Positions 54,077-63,862 of a stretch of 64,000 nucleotides of DNA are shown piece after piece (within the stretch, counting starts at the first letter, position 1; each line of letters opens with the position of its first letter). Source of the stretch: Bacteroidales bacterium (GTDB lineage Bacteria; Bacteroidota; Bacteroidia; Bacteroidales; VadinHA17). Under the pieces are notes generated by a model. The model searched no databases. It was given only the letters and a program-made list of their open reading frames with translations, and was not told where the DNA came from. The stretch is taken from NCBI GenBank assembly GCA_024763075.1, contig JANTGF010000002.1, positions 7,831 to 71,830 on the forward strand, read 5' to 3'. Both the position numbers and the translations under genes were made by a program.

Positions 54077-55261
54077 TCAGTTCTCTAATTCAGGGCTTAC
54101 AAAGGGAATCCATTTTTTACTGCTTTTGGTTGATTCAAGTACGGTCTTAATAAAAGCCATGCCTCTTATACCATCTGCAACATCAGGAAAGTCGTAACTT
54201 CCGGTTTCTGAATTTTTTCCTTCAATATGATTTGTAACGGCCCGGGCAAACTCAAGATAAATATTTGCAAAAGCCTCAATAAAACCCTCCGGATGGCCTG
54301 CCGGAAGTCGGCAGTTTCTTTTTGCAATTTCTGAAAGACCGGGAGCGTTATTTCCGGCCCGGAGGATCTGCAAGGGTTTGTCTGTCCATCTTACTGTCAG
54401 GGAGTTGGGTTCCATTTGTGCCCATTCCAGTCCTCCCTTTTCTCCATACACTTTTATTTTCAGGTTATTTTCTTCCCCTGTACTCACCTGGCTGGCTATG
54501 AATGCACCCCTGGCCCCGTTACTGAAACGCAATAAAATATTGTCATCGTCATCCATTTTTCGCCCTTTTACCAGGGTGCTTAATTCGGCATTGACTTCAG
54601 AAACTTCGAGTCCGGTAATATATTCAATCAGGTTTTCAGCATGTGTTCCTACGTCTCCCATGGTAAGTACATTACCGGTTATTTCAGGATCAGATCTCCA
54701 GGCTGCCTGTTTATGACCGGTTCGTTCCATCAGGGTTGCCAGCCAGCCTTGCGGATATTCAACCACAACTTTTCTTAATTCTCCCAGAGCTCCTCCCCGG
54801 GCCATTTCACCGGCCTGTTTTACCATGGGGTATCCGGTGTAATTATGAGTTAACATAAAAATCAGGCCGGTTTCTTTAACAAGACTTCCCAGTTCCATGG
54901 CTTCACCCAGATTGGCTGTCATGGGTTTATCACAAACCACATGAAAACCATTTTCAAGTGCAAATTTGGCCTGTGGGAAATGCTGGTTGTTTGGAGTTAC
55001 AATCGTAACAAAATCCATTCTTTCGTCCTTAGGAAGGTTTTTTTCTCCAATGATCATTTCCTGGTAGCTGTCATAAACCCTTTTTTTCGGGAGGTGAAGT
55101 ATACGCCCGGTTTCTTCAGATCGCTGAGGTGAACTACTAAAAGCACCACAAATCAGTTCAATCTGGCTGTCCATAATGGCAGCTTTCCTATGGATATCTC
55201 CGATAAATGCACCTTCTGATCCTCCGATCATTCCCATTCTGAGTTTTCTGTTTATGTCCAT
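54077..55261 (-). CDS. Cytoplasmic Gfo/Idh/MocA-family oxidoreductase
   Basis: No signal peptide. Rossmann LRMGMIGGSEGAFIG. DFVTIVTPNNQHF and VVCDKPM blocks. Confidence 0.85.
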   Translation of the reverse strand: MDINRKLRMGMIGGSEGAFIGDIHRKAAIMDSQIELICGAFSSSPQRSEETGRILHLPKKRVYDSYQEMIIGEKNLPKDERMDFVTIVTPNNQHFPQAKFALENGFHVVCDKPMTANLGEAMELGSLVKETGLIFMLTHNYTGYPMVKQAGEMARGGALGELRKVVVEYPQGWLATLMERTGHKQAAWRSDPEITGNVLTMGDVGTHAENLIEYITGLEVSEVNAELSTLVKGRKMDDDDNILLRFSNGARGAFIASQVSTGEENNLKIKVYGEKGGLEWAQMEPNSLTVRWTDKPLQILRAGNNAPGLSEIAKRNCRLPAGHPEGFIEAFANIYLEFARAVTNHIEGKNSETGSYDFPDVADGIRGMAFIKTVLESTKSSKKWIPFVSPELEN

Positions 55262-55517
55262 TTTTTATAAAGATTTTACGTTTGTTTGAATATTTATTGA
55301 AAAAAATGCTGCATAACTAATCCGATAAAGTTACAATTATTATGAAATACTACGGAAGGTTTCTATCATTTGTGAAAATCTGAAAGTTTTAATAGAAATT
55401 TTGTCCACAACCTCAATTAATTGTTACTTCTTAAATAAATGTTAAGAAAAAATTATAAATTTGGAGTTCGGTTTAATTGGAAAGTAAACATTTTTAACCT
55501 AATTAAAATATTGTATT

Positions 55518-57005
55518 ATGGGCAAAATTAAGAAAGAAAAAGAAATCTCCCGTCGGAGTTTCGTAGGTAAAACCATGGCTGCTACGGCAGGTTTTACAAT
55601 TTTACCATCATTTGTGGTAAGTGGTTTAGGTCATAAAGCCCCAAGTGATAAACTGAATATTGCAGGTGTCGGAATCGGAGGTATGGGTTTCAGCAACCTT
55701 AAGAAAATGGAGACCGAAAATATTGTTGGTCTTTGTGATGTTGACTGGAAATATGCTGACCGGGTTTTTAAGCATTTTCCGAAAGCTCAGAAATTCAGGG
55801 ATTTCAGAAAAATGTATGATGAAATTGGGAAATCAATTGATGCTGTGGTGGTAGCTACTGCTGACCATACACATGCCATTGTTGCTGCGCATGCAATTAC
55901 CATGGGAAAGCATGTTTATGTACAGAAACCTTTAACTCATACGGTCTATGAATCACGTTTGCTCACAAAACTGGCGGAAAAATATAAAGTAGCCACCCAG
56001 ATGGGAAATCAGGGTTCTTCAGGTGAGGGTGTGAACCTTACAACCGAATGGATGGCTAATAATGAAATTGGTGAGGTTACCCGGGTAGAGGCTTTTACAG
56101 ACCGACCCATCTGGCCCCAGGGACTTCCACGCCCTGATGCAATGAATGTTCCGGAAACACTGGACTGGAACCTCTTCATAGGACCTGCCCCCATGCGCCC
56201 TTATAATGCAATTTACACACCCTGGAACTGGCGTGGCTGGTGGGACTTTGGAACGGGTGCACTGGGTGATATGGCATGCCATATTTTGCATCCTGTATTT
56301 GTGGGTCTGGATCTGGGTTATCCCGTTAAAGCACAAGGAAGCTCCACAATGTTATTGAGTGATTCGGCTCCAAATGCTGAAATGGTTACGCTAACTTTTC
56401 CACAACGAAAACCGGCAAAGAAAATGAAAATGAAACTGCCACAGGTTGAAGTTACCTGGTATGATGGAGGACTGAAACCAAACAAACCCGATGGCTGGCC
56501 TGACGGAAAAGAAATGAATAATGCTGGTGGCGGTGTAATTTTCCATGGAACAAAAGATAAACTTATCTGTGGATGCTATGGGAAAGATCCATGGTTATTA
56601 TCAGGAAGAGTACCCGATGCTCCAAAATTCAGAAGGAGAGTCAAAACATCTCATGAGCAGGACTGGATAAGAGCATGTAAGGAAAGCCCGGAAAACCGTG
56701 TAGAAACAGCTTCTCCTTTTAAAGAGGCCGGACCATTCAATGAAATGGTGGTTATGGGAGTTCTCGCTGTTCGCCTGCAAACCTTGAATAAACAATTGGA
56801 TTGGGATGGTCAGAATATGACATTTACCAATATTAACGACAAAGATGAGATTAAAATTATCAAGAAAGATAATTTTAGTATCCATGATGGTCACCCCACT
56901 TTCCATAAGGACTGGACAGATCCTGTGCCTGCAAAAGATTTTGCTGCAGGCTTGATCAAACATAATTATAGAGATGGATGGTCATTACCGGAGATGCCGA
57001 AATAA
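55518..57005 (+). CDS. Tat-exported Gfo/Idh/MocA-family oxidoreductase (glycoside 3-dehydrogenase-like)
   Basis: Twin-arginine motif ISRRSFVGKTMAATAGFTILPS. LNIAGVGIGGMG, DAVVVATADHTHA and VYVQKPL blocks. Confidence 0.85.
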   Translation: MGKIKKEKEISRRSFVGKTMAATAGFTILPSFVVSGLGHKAPSDKLNIAGVGIGGMGFSNLKKMETENIVGLCDVDWKYADRVFKHFPKAQKFRDFRKMYDEIGKSIDAVVVATADHTHAIVAAHAITMGKHVYVQKPLTHTVYESRLLTKLAEKYKVATQMGNQGSSGEGVNLTTEWMANNEIGEVTRVEAFTDRPIWPQGLPRPDAMNVPETLDWNLFIGPAPMRPYNAIYTPWNWRGWWDFGTGALGDMACHILHPVFVGLDLGYPVKAQGSSTMLLSDSAPNAEMVTLTFPQRKPAKKMKMKLPQVEVTWYDGGLKPNKPDGWPDGKEMNNAGGGVIFHGTKDKLICGCYGKDPWLLSGRVPDAPKFRRRVKTSHEQDWIRACKESPENRVETASPFKEAGPFNEMVVMGVLAVRLQTLNKQLDWDGQNMTFTNINDKDEIKIIKKDNFSIHDGHPTFHKDWTDPVPAKDFAAGLIKHNYRDGWSLPEMPK

Positions 57006-57038
57006 TTATTTATGAGTTGAATTAATAAAATGTAGTAT

Positions 57039-57809
57039 ATGAAAACAAAAAGTTTAATTATCGTTCTTAGTTTATTGGTATTACCTGTACTTCCGGGTTG
57101 TAAATCAACTTCAAAACTTGCAGGTAATAAAAAAAATGAACCTGTAAATGCTTTAACCAAAAAGGAAAAGGATGAAGGTTGGGAATTACTGTTTGATGGC
57201 AAAACATCCGATGGATGGAGAGGCTATAAGAAAGATCATTTTCCAAACGGATGGCAGGTTGTTGACGGAACACTGCATTGTATTGGTTCCGGCCGGGGTG
57301 AAGCAGGCAGCAAAGAAGGCGGTGATATTATTTATAATAAAGAATTTCAGAACTTTGACCTGAAGCTGGAATGGAAAATTTCAGAAGGTGGAAATTCAGG
57401 GATCTTTTATCTGGGGCAGGAAACCATGGACCATATTTATGAAACAGCACCGGAAATGCAGGTATTGGATAATGAAAGGCATCCGGATGCAAAACTGGGA
57501 AAGGACGGGAACCGGCAGGCGGGATCACTTTATGACCTGATTCCTGCAAATCCGCAAAATGCGAAACCGGCTGGTGAGTGGAATTCAGTTGAAATAATTG
57601 TCTATAAGGGAACAGTCGTGCACAAAATGAATGGTAAAACCGTTTTGGAATACCATCTATGGACACCTGAATGGAATAAACTTGTGGCAGGAAGTAAATT
57701 CCCAAAGCTGAATCCTGACTGGGCAGATGTTTCCCCGAAAGGTTATGTCGGACTGCAGGATCATGGCGATGATGTATGGTACAGGGACATTAAAATCAAA
57801 GAGCTTTAG
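57039..57809 (+). CDS. DUF1080 (3-keto-disaccharide-hydrolase-like) lipoprotein
   Basis: Lipobox LPGC. GWELLFDGKTSDGWRGY, GNSGIFYLG, PEMQVLDN, GYVGLQDHGDDVWYRDIKIKEL. Confidence 0.85.
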   Translation: MKTKSLIIVLSLLVLPVLPGCKSTSKLAGNKKNEPVNALTKKEKDEGWELLFDGKTSDGWRGYKKDHFPNGWQVVDGTLHCIGSGRGEAGSKEGGDIIYNKEFQNFDLKLEWKISEGGNSGIFYLGQETMDHIYETAPEMQVLDNERHPDAKLGKDGNRQAGSLYDLIPANPQNAKPAGEWNSVEIIVYKGTVVHKMNGKTVLEYHLWTPEWNKLVAGSKFPKLNPDWADVSPKGYVGLQDHGDDVWYRDIKIKEL

Positions 57810-57846
57810 AAATTTTTTCTGAGGTTTTAACTGTAAATTATTTTTA

Positions 57847-58755
57847 ATGAATTTTAATCGTAGAGATTTTATTAAAAGAGCAGGTCTGGCAGGTTCAGGT
57901 CTGCTCTTTTTGCCATCACTGTTGAATGCCCGTAATTTGCAAGGTGAATTGTTCTTTAAGATTTCCCTGGCGGAATGGTCCCTTCACAGGATGCTTAGAT
58001 CAGGAGATCTGACAAATATGAGATTTCCTGAATATGCCCTGAAAAATTTTGATATCCATGCCGTTGAGTACGTAAGCACTTTTTTTGAGAATACGGAAAA
58101 AGAGTATCTGGAAGAGTTGAAAAGTCGTACGAATGAACTGGGGGTCAGAAATGTACTTATCATGGTTGATGCGGAAGGTAACCTGGGTGAGTTAAACCAT
58201 AAAAAAAGAACAACGGCAGTTGAAAACCATTTCCGATGGGTTGATTCAGCAAAATACCTGGGATGCCATTCCATTCGGGTAAATGCCCGCGGAAAAGGAT
58301 CTCCGGATGAAGTTGCTGATGCTGCGGTGAAAGGGCTGGGTGATCTTGCAAAGTATGCAGCCGGGAAAGAAATAAACGTAATTGTGGAAAATCATGGAGG
58401 AATTTCTTCAAATGGACAGTGGCTGAGTTCTGTTATTCAGAGGGTTGGTATGGATAATTGTGGCACCCTTCCGGATTTTGGCAATTTTAGAATCAGCAAA
58501 ACCGAGGAGTATGACCGCTACAAAGGTGTAAAGGAGCTTATGCCCTTTGCTAAAGGAGTAAGCGCAAAGTCTCATGATTTTAATGATGCAGGAGCAGAGA
58601 TCCATACGAATTTTTATAAAATGCTAAAAATTGTGAAAGACTCCGGCTACAGGAGTTTTATAGGTATAGAATACGAAGGAAGTGGTTTGTCAGAAGATGA
58701 GGGCATTAGAGCAACCAAACAATTACTGGAGAAAGTCGGAAAGGAATTGTCTTAA
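57847..58755 (+). CDS. Tat-exported xylose-isomerase-like TIM-barrel protein
   Basis: Twin-arginine motif NRRDFIKRAGLAGSGLLFLPS. HAVEYVS, SIRVNA, VIVENHGG and IGIEYEG blocks. Confidence 0.85.
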   Translation: MNFNRRDFIKRAGLAGSGLLFLPSLLNARNLQGELFFKISLAEWSLHRMLRSGDLTNMRFPEYALKNFDIHAVEYVSTFFENTEKEYLEELKSRTNELGVRNVLIMVDAEGNLGELNHKKRTTAVENHFRWVDSAKYLGCHSIRVNARGKGSPDEVADAAVKGLGDLAKYAAGKEINVIVENHGGISSNGQWLSSVIQRVGMDNCGTLPDFGNFRISKTEEYDRYKGVKELMPFAKGVSAKSHDFNDAGAEIHTNFYKMLKIVKDSGYRSFIGIEYEGSGLSEDEGIRATKQLLEKVGKELS

Positions 58756-58781
58756 CCTGTTTTATCAATTTAAAATCCTTG

Positions 58782-59147
58782 CTAAACCACGGAATCCTCA
58801 AACCATTCCACAATTTTCTGATCGGCTTTGCTTTTATGCTCATTTGTAATGCTCCCTGCAATTGCAGCCAGGGCCGAAGCAATGGCTCCGGCATCATCGG
58901 CATAACCAGCAAAAGGTGTGATGTCGGGGATGGCATCAAAAGGAAAAATAAGATACCCAAGACTGGCAAGGATCACCCCTTTGGCCCATGAGGGTGTTTG
59001 TTTGTCAACACCCACGTAATACAAAATCAGTGCACTGTGAAGGGTCTTATTTCCAATTTGCTTTGCGTATTTTTTTATCTTATCCCAGAATGATTTTTCC
59101 GAGTAGTGTTTCGCGTAATTATCTTCCATCTGATGTTTGGGTTTCAA
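58782..59147 (-). CDS. DUF1232 (YkvA-like) membrane protein
   Basis: SFWDKIKKYAK...ALILYYV...LGYLIFPFDAIPDITPFAGYADDAGAI is the DUF1232 signature. Confidence 0.7.
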   Translation of the reverse strand: MKPKHQMEDNYAKHYSEKSFWDKIKKYAKQIGNKTLHSALILYYVGVDKQTPSWAKGVILASLGYLIFPFDAIPDITPFAGYADDAGAIASALAAIAGSITNEHKSKADQKIVEWFEDSVV

Positions 59148-59183
59148 TAAGCCGGGAAATAAATCCTGGCCAGTACGAAGAAT

Positions 59184-59591
59184 TTATATTACAAATTCTG
59201 TAACCCAGAAATCATGTTTGTTGCAAAAACTGGTAGCAAAAAATCTTCCACTATGTTTTTCCGGTAGCTTAAAAGTTGAAATTGCGGCCTCATCTTCAGG
59301 GTAAAATGTTTTTTCACCGATTACCTCACCTGAATCGGATACGAGTGTGTGCCTTACAATATAATGTTTGGTACTCATAATGTGATCTGTATTAAGCGTC
59401 ACTTCCTGACCTTTGATCGTAACCTTAGGAGCATGTCCGCCAACCTTTTCAGACCATTTACCCGGATCTTTTGAAGTGTAAATTACTCCCGGAAAAGAAA
59501 TGTTACCTTTTGATGTAGCAAATGCTGATTTTGAAATGACAGCTCCCGATGCCACCAACAACGTAGTTTTTAAAAAGTTCCTTTTGTTCAT
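59184..59591 (-). CDS. Tat-signal superoxide-reductase-like (desulfoferrodoxin Fe-binding domain) protein
   Basis: Start taken at MNKRNFLKTTLLVASGAVISKSAFA. SOR centre-II ligand pattern: GHAPKV, DHIMSTKHYI, FCNKHDFW. Confidence 0.68.
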   Translation of the reverse strand: MNKRNFLKTTLLVASGAVISKSAFATSKGNISFPGVIYTSKDPGKWSEKVGGHAPKVTIKGQEVTLNTDHIMSTKHYIVRHTLVSDSGEVIGEKTFYPEDEAAISTFKLPEKHSGRFFATSFCNKHDFWVTEFVI

Positions 59592-59849
59592 AACTGTATT
59601 ATTTAAGATAAGTTTGTCTGCTAAATTCATGAAAAATTAGATAATTTCCAACTTTGTTTGATGTTAATTTACTTATCAGTAATTTTTGCATTAAAATTCC
59701 AGGAGTTTTCAGATACAAAATATGCTTTTGTTTACTTGATTTTCATTGTTGTTTATTTTAATAAAATATTTAAGTATTTTATGGAAAAGAACAGCCTTTC
59801 TTATATATTTGCCAGTAGTAACAAAATTAAAACCTAAACCTTTTTAGCC

Positions 59850-61967
59850 ATGAAAAAATTAATTGTTTTCCTGTTAGCTATAATTTGGCTAACCTCTTGT
59901 AACACAAATAATAATAATCAGATGGACGAGAAAAATCCTTTTTACAGTGTTTATCAGACGCCTTTTCAGGTTCCTCCCTTTGATCAGATTAAGCAGGAAC
60001 ATTATCTCCCGGCCTTTAAGGAAGGTATTGCACAACATGAAAAAGAAATTGAGGCGATAGTTTCAGATAGCAAGGAACCGGATTTTGAAAACACCATTCT
60101 TGCCCTGGACGAAAGTGGCGAATTACTGACAAAAGTTTCTTCAGTCTTTTACAATCAGATGTCGGTGAATACCAACCCGGAAATGCAAAAGATCGCCAGG
60201 GAGGTTTCTCCTTTGGTTTCTGCCCACAGTGATAACATCTTATTGAATGCTGAATTATTTAAAAGGATAAAGTCGGTAAATGACCGGAAGGAAGAACTGA
60301 ACCTGAATACGGAACAAGAAAGATTATTGGACAAAACTTATAAAGACTTTGTTCGCGGAGGTGCCAATTTATCAGATGATGAGAAAGATAAATTACGGAA
60401 AATCAATGAAAAGCTTTCTCTTCTTTCATTAAAATTTGGTGAAAATGTATTGTCTGAAACCAATAAGTTTAATTTGGTGATTGATAAAAAAGAGGATCTT
60501 AAGGGCCTTCCGTCATCAGTTATTGCCATGGCTGCAGAGACTGCTAAAAATACAGGTGATGACGGGAAGTGGGTTTTTACAATCCAAAAACCCAGTATGA
60601 TTCCGTTTTTGCAATACGCAGATAACAGAGCTCTCAGAGAAAAGATTTTCAAGGCATACATCAATAAGGGAGATCATAATGACGAGCTTGATAATAAAAA
60701 GAATGTTTCTGACATTGTTTCCCTGAGGGTTGAGAAAGCAAATCTGATGGGCTATAAAACCCATGCGGATTTTATTCTGGAAGAAAATATGGCCAAAAAT
60801 CCTCAGAATGTATATGACTTGCTTAATAAAGTAATGAATGCCGCGCTTCCGGTTGCTAAGAAAGAGGCTGCTGATTTACAAAAGATGATCAAAAATGAAG
60901 GTGGAGATTTTAAATTAATGCCATGGGACTGGTGGTATTATGCCGAAAAACTAAGGAAACAAAAATATGATCTGGATGAAGCTGAGCTGAGACCCTATTT
61001 TGAGATTGGAAATGTTAGAAAAGGTTTGTTCTCAGTTGTAAATAAATTGTACGGTTTGCAGTTTGTTGCATTGGATAATATCCCAATACCTCACCCGGAT
61101 GCAATGGCTTTTGAGGTAAAAGAGTCTGACGGATCGCACGTGGGCATCCTTTACATGGATTTTTATCCACGGGAAAGCAAGAGAGGGGGAGCATGGATGA
61201 ATAACTACCGTGAACAGTATGTTAAGGACGGGCAAAAAGTGTATCCGGTAATCACTACTGTATTTAACTTTACCAAACCATCAGGAGATGAACCGGCACT
61301 CCTGAGCTTTGAAGAGGTCAGTACCATGTACCATGAGTTCGGACATGCTTTACACGGTCTGTTATCCAATTGTACTTATGCAGGAGTTTCTGGTACAAAC
61401 GTTTCCAGGGATTTTGTTGAGCTGCCTTCACAAATAATGGAAAACTGGGCCTCCGCTCCTGAGAATATTAAATTGTATGCAAAACATTATAAAACCGGAG
61501 AAACAATTCCTGATGAATTGATTAAAAAGCTTGTGAACAGTAGTCATTTTAACCAGGGTTTTGTAACTGTTGAGTATCTTTCTGCCTCTTTCCTGGATAT
61601 GGACTGGCATACGGTAAAGAAACCACAGGAATTTGATGTAAACGGTTTTGAGAAAAAATCCATGGATAATATCGGGCTGATACCTGAAATTGTAGTACGA
61701 TACAGGAGTACCTATTTTAATCATATTTTTTCAGGTGGATATTCTGCAGGTTACTATGGATATATCTGGGCTGAGGTACTGGATGCAGATGCCTTTGAGG
61801 CCTTTAAAGAAACCGGTGATATTTTTGATAAAAAAACAGCAACGGCTTTCCGGAAGAACATTCTTGAAAAAGGAGATACCGAAGATCCTATGGTTTTGTA
61901 TGTGAACTTCAGAGGTTCAGAACCGGGAACAGAACCCTTATTAAGGCGCAGGGGATTATTAAGATAA
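59850..61967 (+). CDS. dcp: M3-family peptidyl-dipeptidase Dcp (lipoprotein)
   Basis: Lipobox LTSC. N-terminal NPF...TPFQVPPFDQIKQEHYLPAF. Zinc motif YHEFGHALHG, with downstream E in VELPSQIMENW. Confidence 0.88.
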   Translation: MKKLIVFLLAIIWLTSCNTNNNNQMDEKNPFYSVYQTPFQVPPFDQIKQEHYLPAFKEGIAQHEKEIEAIVSDSKEPDFENTILALDESGELLTKVSSVFYNQMSVNTNPEMQKIAREVSPLVSAHSDNILLNAELFKRIKSVNDRKEELNLNTEQERLLDKTYKDFVRGGANLSDDEKDKLRKINEKLSLLSLKFGENVLSETNKFNLVIDKKEDLKGLPSSVIAMAAETAKNTGDDGKWVFTIQKPSMIPFLQYADNRALREKIFKAYINKGDHNDELDNKKNVSDIVSLRVEKANLMGYKTHADFILEENMAKNPQNVYDLLNKVMNAALPVAKKEAADLQKMIKNEGGDFKLMPWDWWYYAEKLRKQKYDLDEAELRPYFEIGNVRKGLFSVVNKLYGLQFVALDNIPIPHPDAMAFEVKESDGSHVGILYMDFYPRESKRGGAWMNNYREQYVKDGQKVYPVITTVFNFTKPSGDEPALLSFEEVSTMYHEFGHALHGLLSNCTYAGVSGTNVSRDFVELPSQIMENWASAPENIKLYAKHYKTGETIPDELIKKLVNSSHFNQGFVTVEYLSASFLDMDWHTVKKPQEFDVNGFEKKSMDNIGLIPEIVVRYRSTYFNHIFSGGYSAGYYGYIWAEVLDADAFEAFKETGDIFDKKTATAFRKNILEKGDTEDPMVLYVNFRGSEPGTEPLLRRRGLLR

Positions 61968-61976
61968 CTGCGTCTG

Positions 61977-62555
61977 TTATTTTTTCAGGCTGCTTTTCCA
62001 TGAGCGCAAAAGAGCCAGGTTTTTTTCGGCATTTTCAGCACTGTAAATAAATTTACCATCGGGCATCATTTCTGTGATCGTTTTTTCATTATTTTCAGCT
62101 GCCCATTCCATCAGTGGTGAAAGGACCTGACTAAATGCTTGCTGTGTCTCCGGCATGGTATTGGCCTGAAGATGTTTTATTAATCCATCATGAAAAATAA
62201 ATTTTACCGTATAAAAAGCTTCACCAATTTCTGCAGTTTTTAACCAGTCATTTGTTTCAGTTAAATTACATACTACCGTATCTCCACGAGTGATAATGTT
62301 ACTAATTGTCATGTGAATATTCATTACACTATCGTACTTTGTAATATTGCGTATCTGGTCTTTCCCAAAAAGAGAAAAGTTCCCGGCAACTTCGAAAACT
62401 GCATCATCGGCATACAATGAAACTATTTCTTCAACTTTGTGGGTGTTATAGGTCTCAGGATACCGTTTTGCCAGATCCGCCGGGTCAGTGGAGCAGGAAA
62501 ATACTATTCCTGATAATACAGTAATGATCAAAAAAAGACTTCTGTATTTGCTCAC
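61977..62555 (-). CDS. SnoaL/NTF2-like lipoprotein, function unknown
   Basis: Lipobox VFSC. EIVSLYADDAVFEV is typical of SnoaL-like folds. Family call is weak. Confidence 0.55.
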   Translation of the reverse strand: MSKYRSLFLIITVLSGIVFSCSTDPADLAKRYPETYNTHKVEEIVSLYADDAVFEVAGNFSLFGKDQIRNITKYDSVMNIHMTISNIITRGDTVVCNLTETNDWLKTAEIGEAFYTVKFIFHDGLIKHLQANTMPETQQAFSQVLSPLMEWAAENNEKTITEMMPDGKFIYSAENAEKNLALLRSWKSSLKK

Positions 62556-62594
62556 TTTATTTCAGTTTTTTGAATTTTCTTATCAACCGATAGT

Positions 62595-63275
62595 TTAAGA
62601 ATATTTTCCGGGATAAAGTTTGTCAGCCCTCTTGCTCCGGAAAATCTCCTTTGTTTTAACATCCATCATACTTAATTTTCCACCCCAGCCTGCACCCGTA
62701 TCCATTAACCATACTTCACAGGCATGGATGGGCTTTTTAGAGCCGAAGTTCAGGGTAGGAGTGTGGCCAACATAAATCTCCTTATACCTTGTGATCTGAA
62801 CCTCTTTCTGTTTCGATTTTCTTTGGATGGCATTGTAGGCAAGACTCCGGTCCCAAAGCAAGTGACTGAGATCCTGTTTTTTCAAAGGAAGATTTATGTT
62901 AATTCCTCCATGAACAAACAATTTCCTTTTTTGCAGGTAATAAAGGCTGGCATCTTGTAAGAGCTTAATATGCTTGCCGGGCATACCTTTTGGGTAGGCC
63001 TTCAGGGTGGTTGCTGCACCCTGATCTTTCCAGATTTTAGAAATTTTCCCGGTTCTGTACCATTCCAGCGCCAAATAGTCATGATTTCCTAAAATATAGA
63101 TAAGATTCTTTATTTCCAATAGCAGGTCGAAAACTTTGTTAACTTCCGGTCCGCGGTCACAAACGTCACCAAGGCAGATAAGCTTGTCTTTTTCAAAATT
63201 GAACTCTGCTTTTTTCAGGCATTGTTTAAAAGCCTTATAAGCTCCGTGAATATCTCCGATTACAAAAGTACGCAT
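62595..63275 (-). CDS. Calcineurin-like metallophosphoesterase (Ser/Thr phosphatase/ApaH-like)
   Basis: VIGDIHG, LGDVCDRGPE, GNHD and VHGG motifs in canonical order. Confidence 0.82.
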   Translation of the reverse strand: MRTFVIGDIHGAYKAFKQCLKKAEFNFEKDKLICLGDVCDRGPEVNKVFDLLLEIKNLIYILGNHDYLALEWYRTGKISKIWKDQGAATTLKAYPKGMPGKHIKLLQDASLYYLQKRKLFVHGGININLPLKKQDLSHLLWDRSLAYNAIQRKSKQKEVQITRYKEIYVGHTPTLNFGSKKPIHACEVWLMDTGAGWGGKLSMMDVKTKEIFRSKRADKLYPGKYS

Positions 63276-63277
63276 GA

Positions 63278-63862
63278 TTAATTTTGTTCAGGACTGCCTT
63301 TTAAGCCTATTTCTTCAGCTACTTCCCTCATGCCCATAATGGTGTCCTGAATAATTCCGGATAGTTCCATATTCAGCATCTCGGCTCCCTGCTCAATAAC
63401 CTCCCGGTTTACACCTGCTGCAAATCTTTTGTCTTTCCATTTTTTCCTTACCGATTTAACTTTCATATCCAGTACACTTTTTGAGGGCCTGACCAGTGCA
63501 GATGTAGTTACCAGTCCGGTCAGTTCATCAATGGTAAAAAGCACTTTCTCAAGCTGAGTTTCCGGTTTTACATCGGTAACAATACCAAAACCATGACTCA
63601 TTACCGCCCTGATATAATCTTCCGGCCAGTTTTCCTTTTCCAGGATTTCTTTGGTTTTTGCACAGTGCTTGTCCGGATATTTTTCATAATCCAGATCATG
63701 AACCAAACCAATTATTCCCCACTTTTCTTCATCTTCATTGAATTTTCGTGCCATATATCTCATAACCCCTTCAACAGCCAGGGCATGCTTTGTAAGACTT
63801 TCAGATTGATTGTATTTTCTGAAAAGAATCCAGGCCTCTTCCCGTGTAGGTATTTTCTCCAT
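63278..63862 (-). CDS. HD-domain (HDIG-type) phosphohydrolase
   Basis: H...HD motif (HALAVEGVM...GLVHDLDY). Starts 2 nt after the downstream gene boundary, so probably co-transcribed with the phosphoesterase. Confidence 0.8.
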   Translation of the reverse strand: MEKIPTREEAWILFRKYNQSESLTKHALAVEGVMRYMARKFNEDEEKWGIIGLVHDLDYEKYPDKHCAKTKEILEKENWPEDYIRAVMSHGFGIVTDVKPETQLEKVLFTIDELTGLVTTSALVRPSKSVLDMKVKSVRKKWKDKRFAAGVNREVIEQGAEMLNMELSGIIQDTIMGMREVAEEIGLKGSPEQN

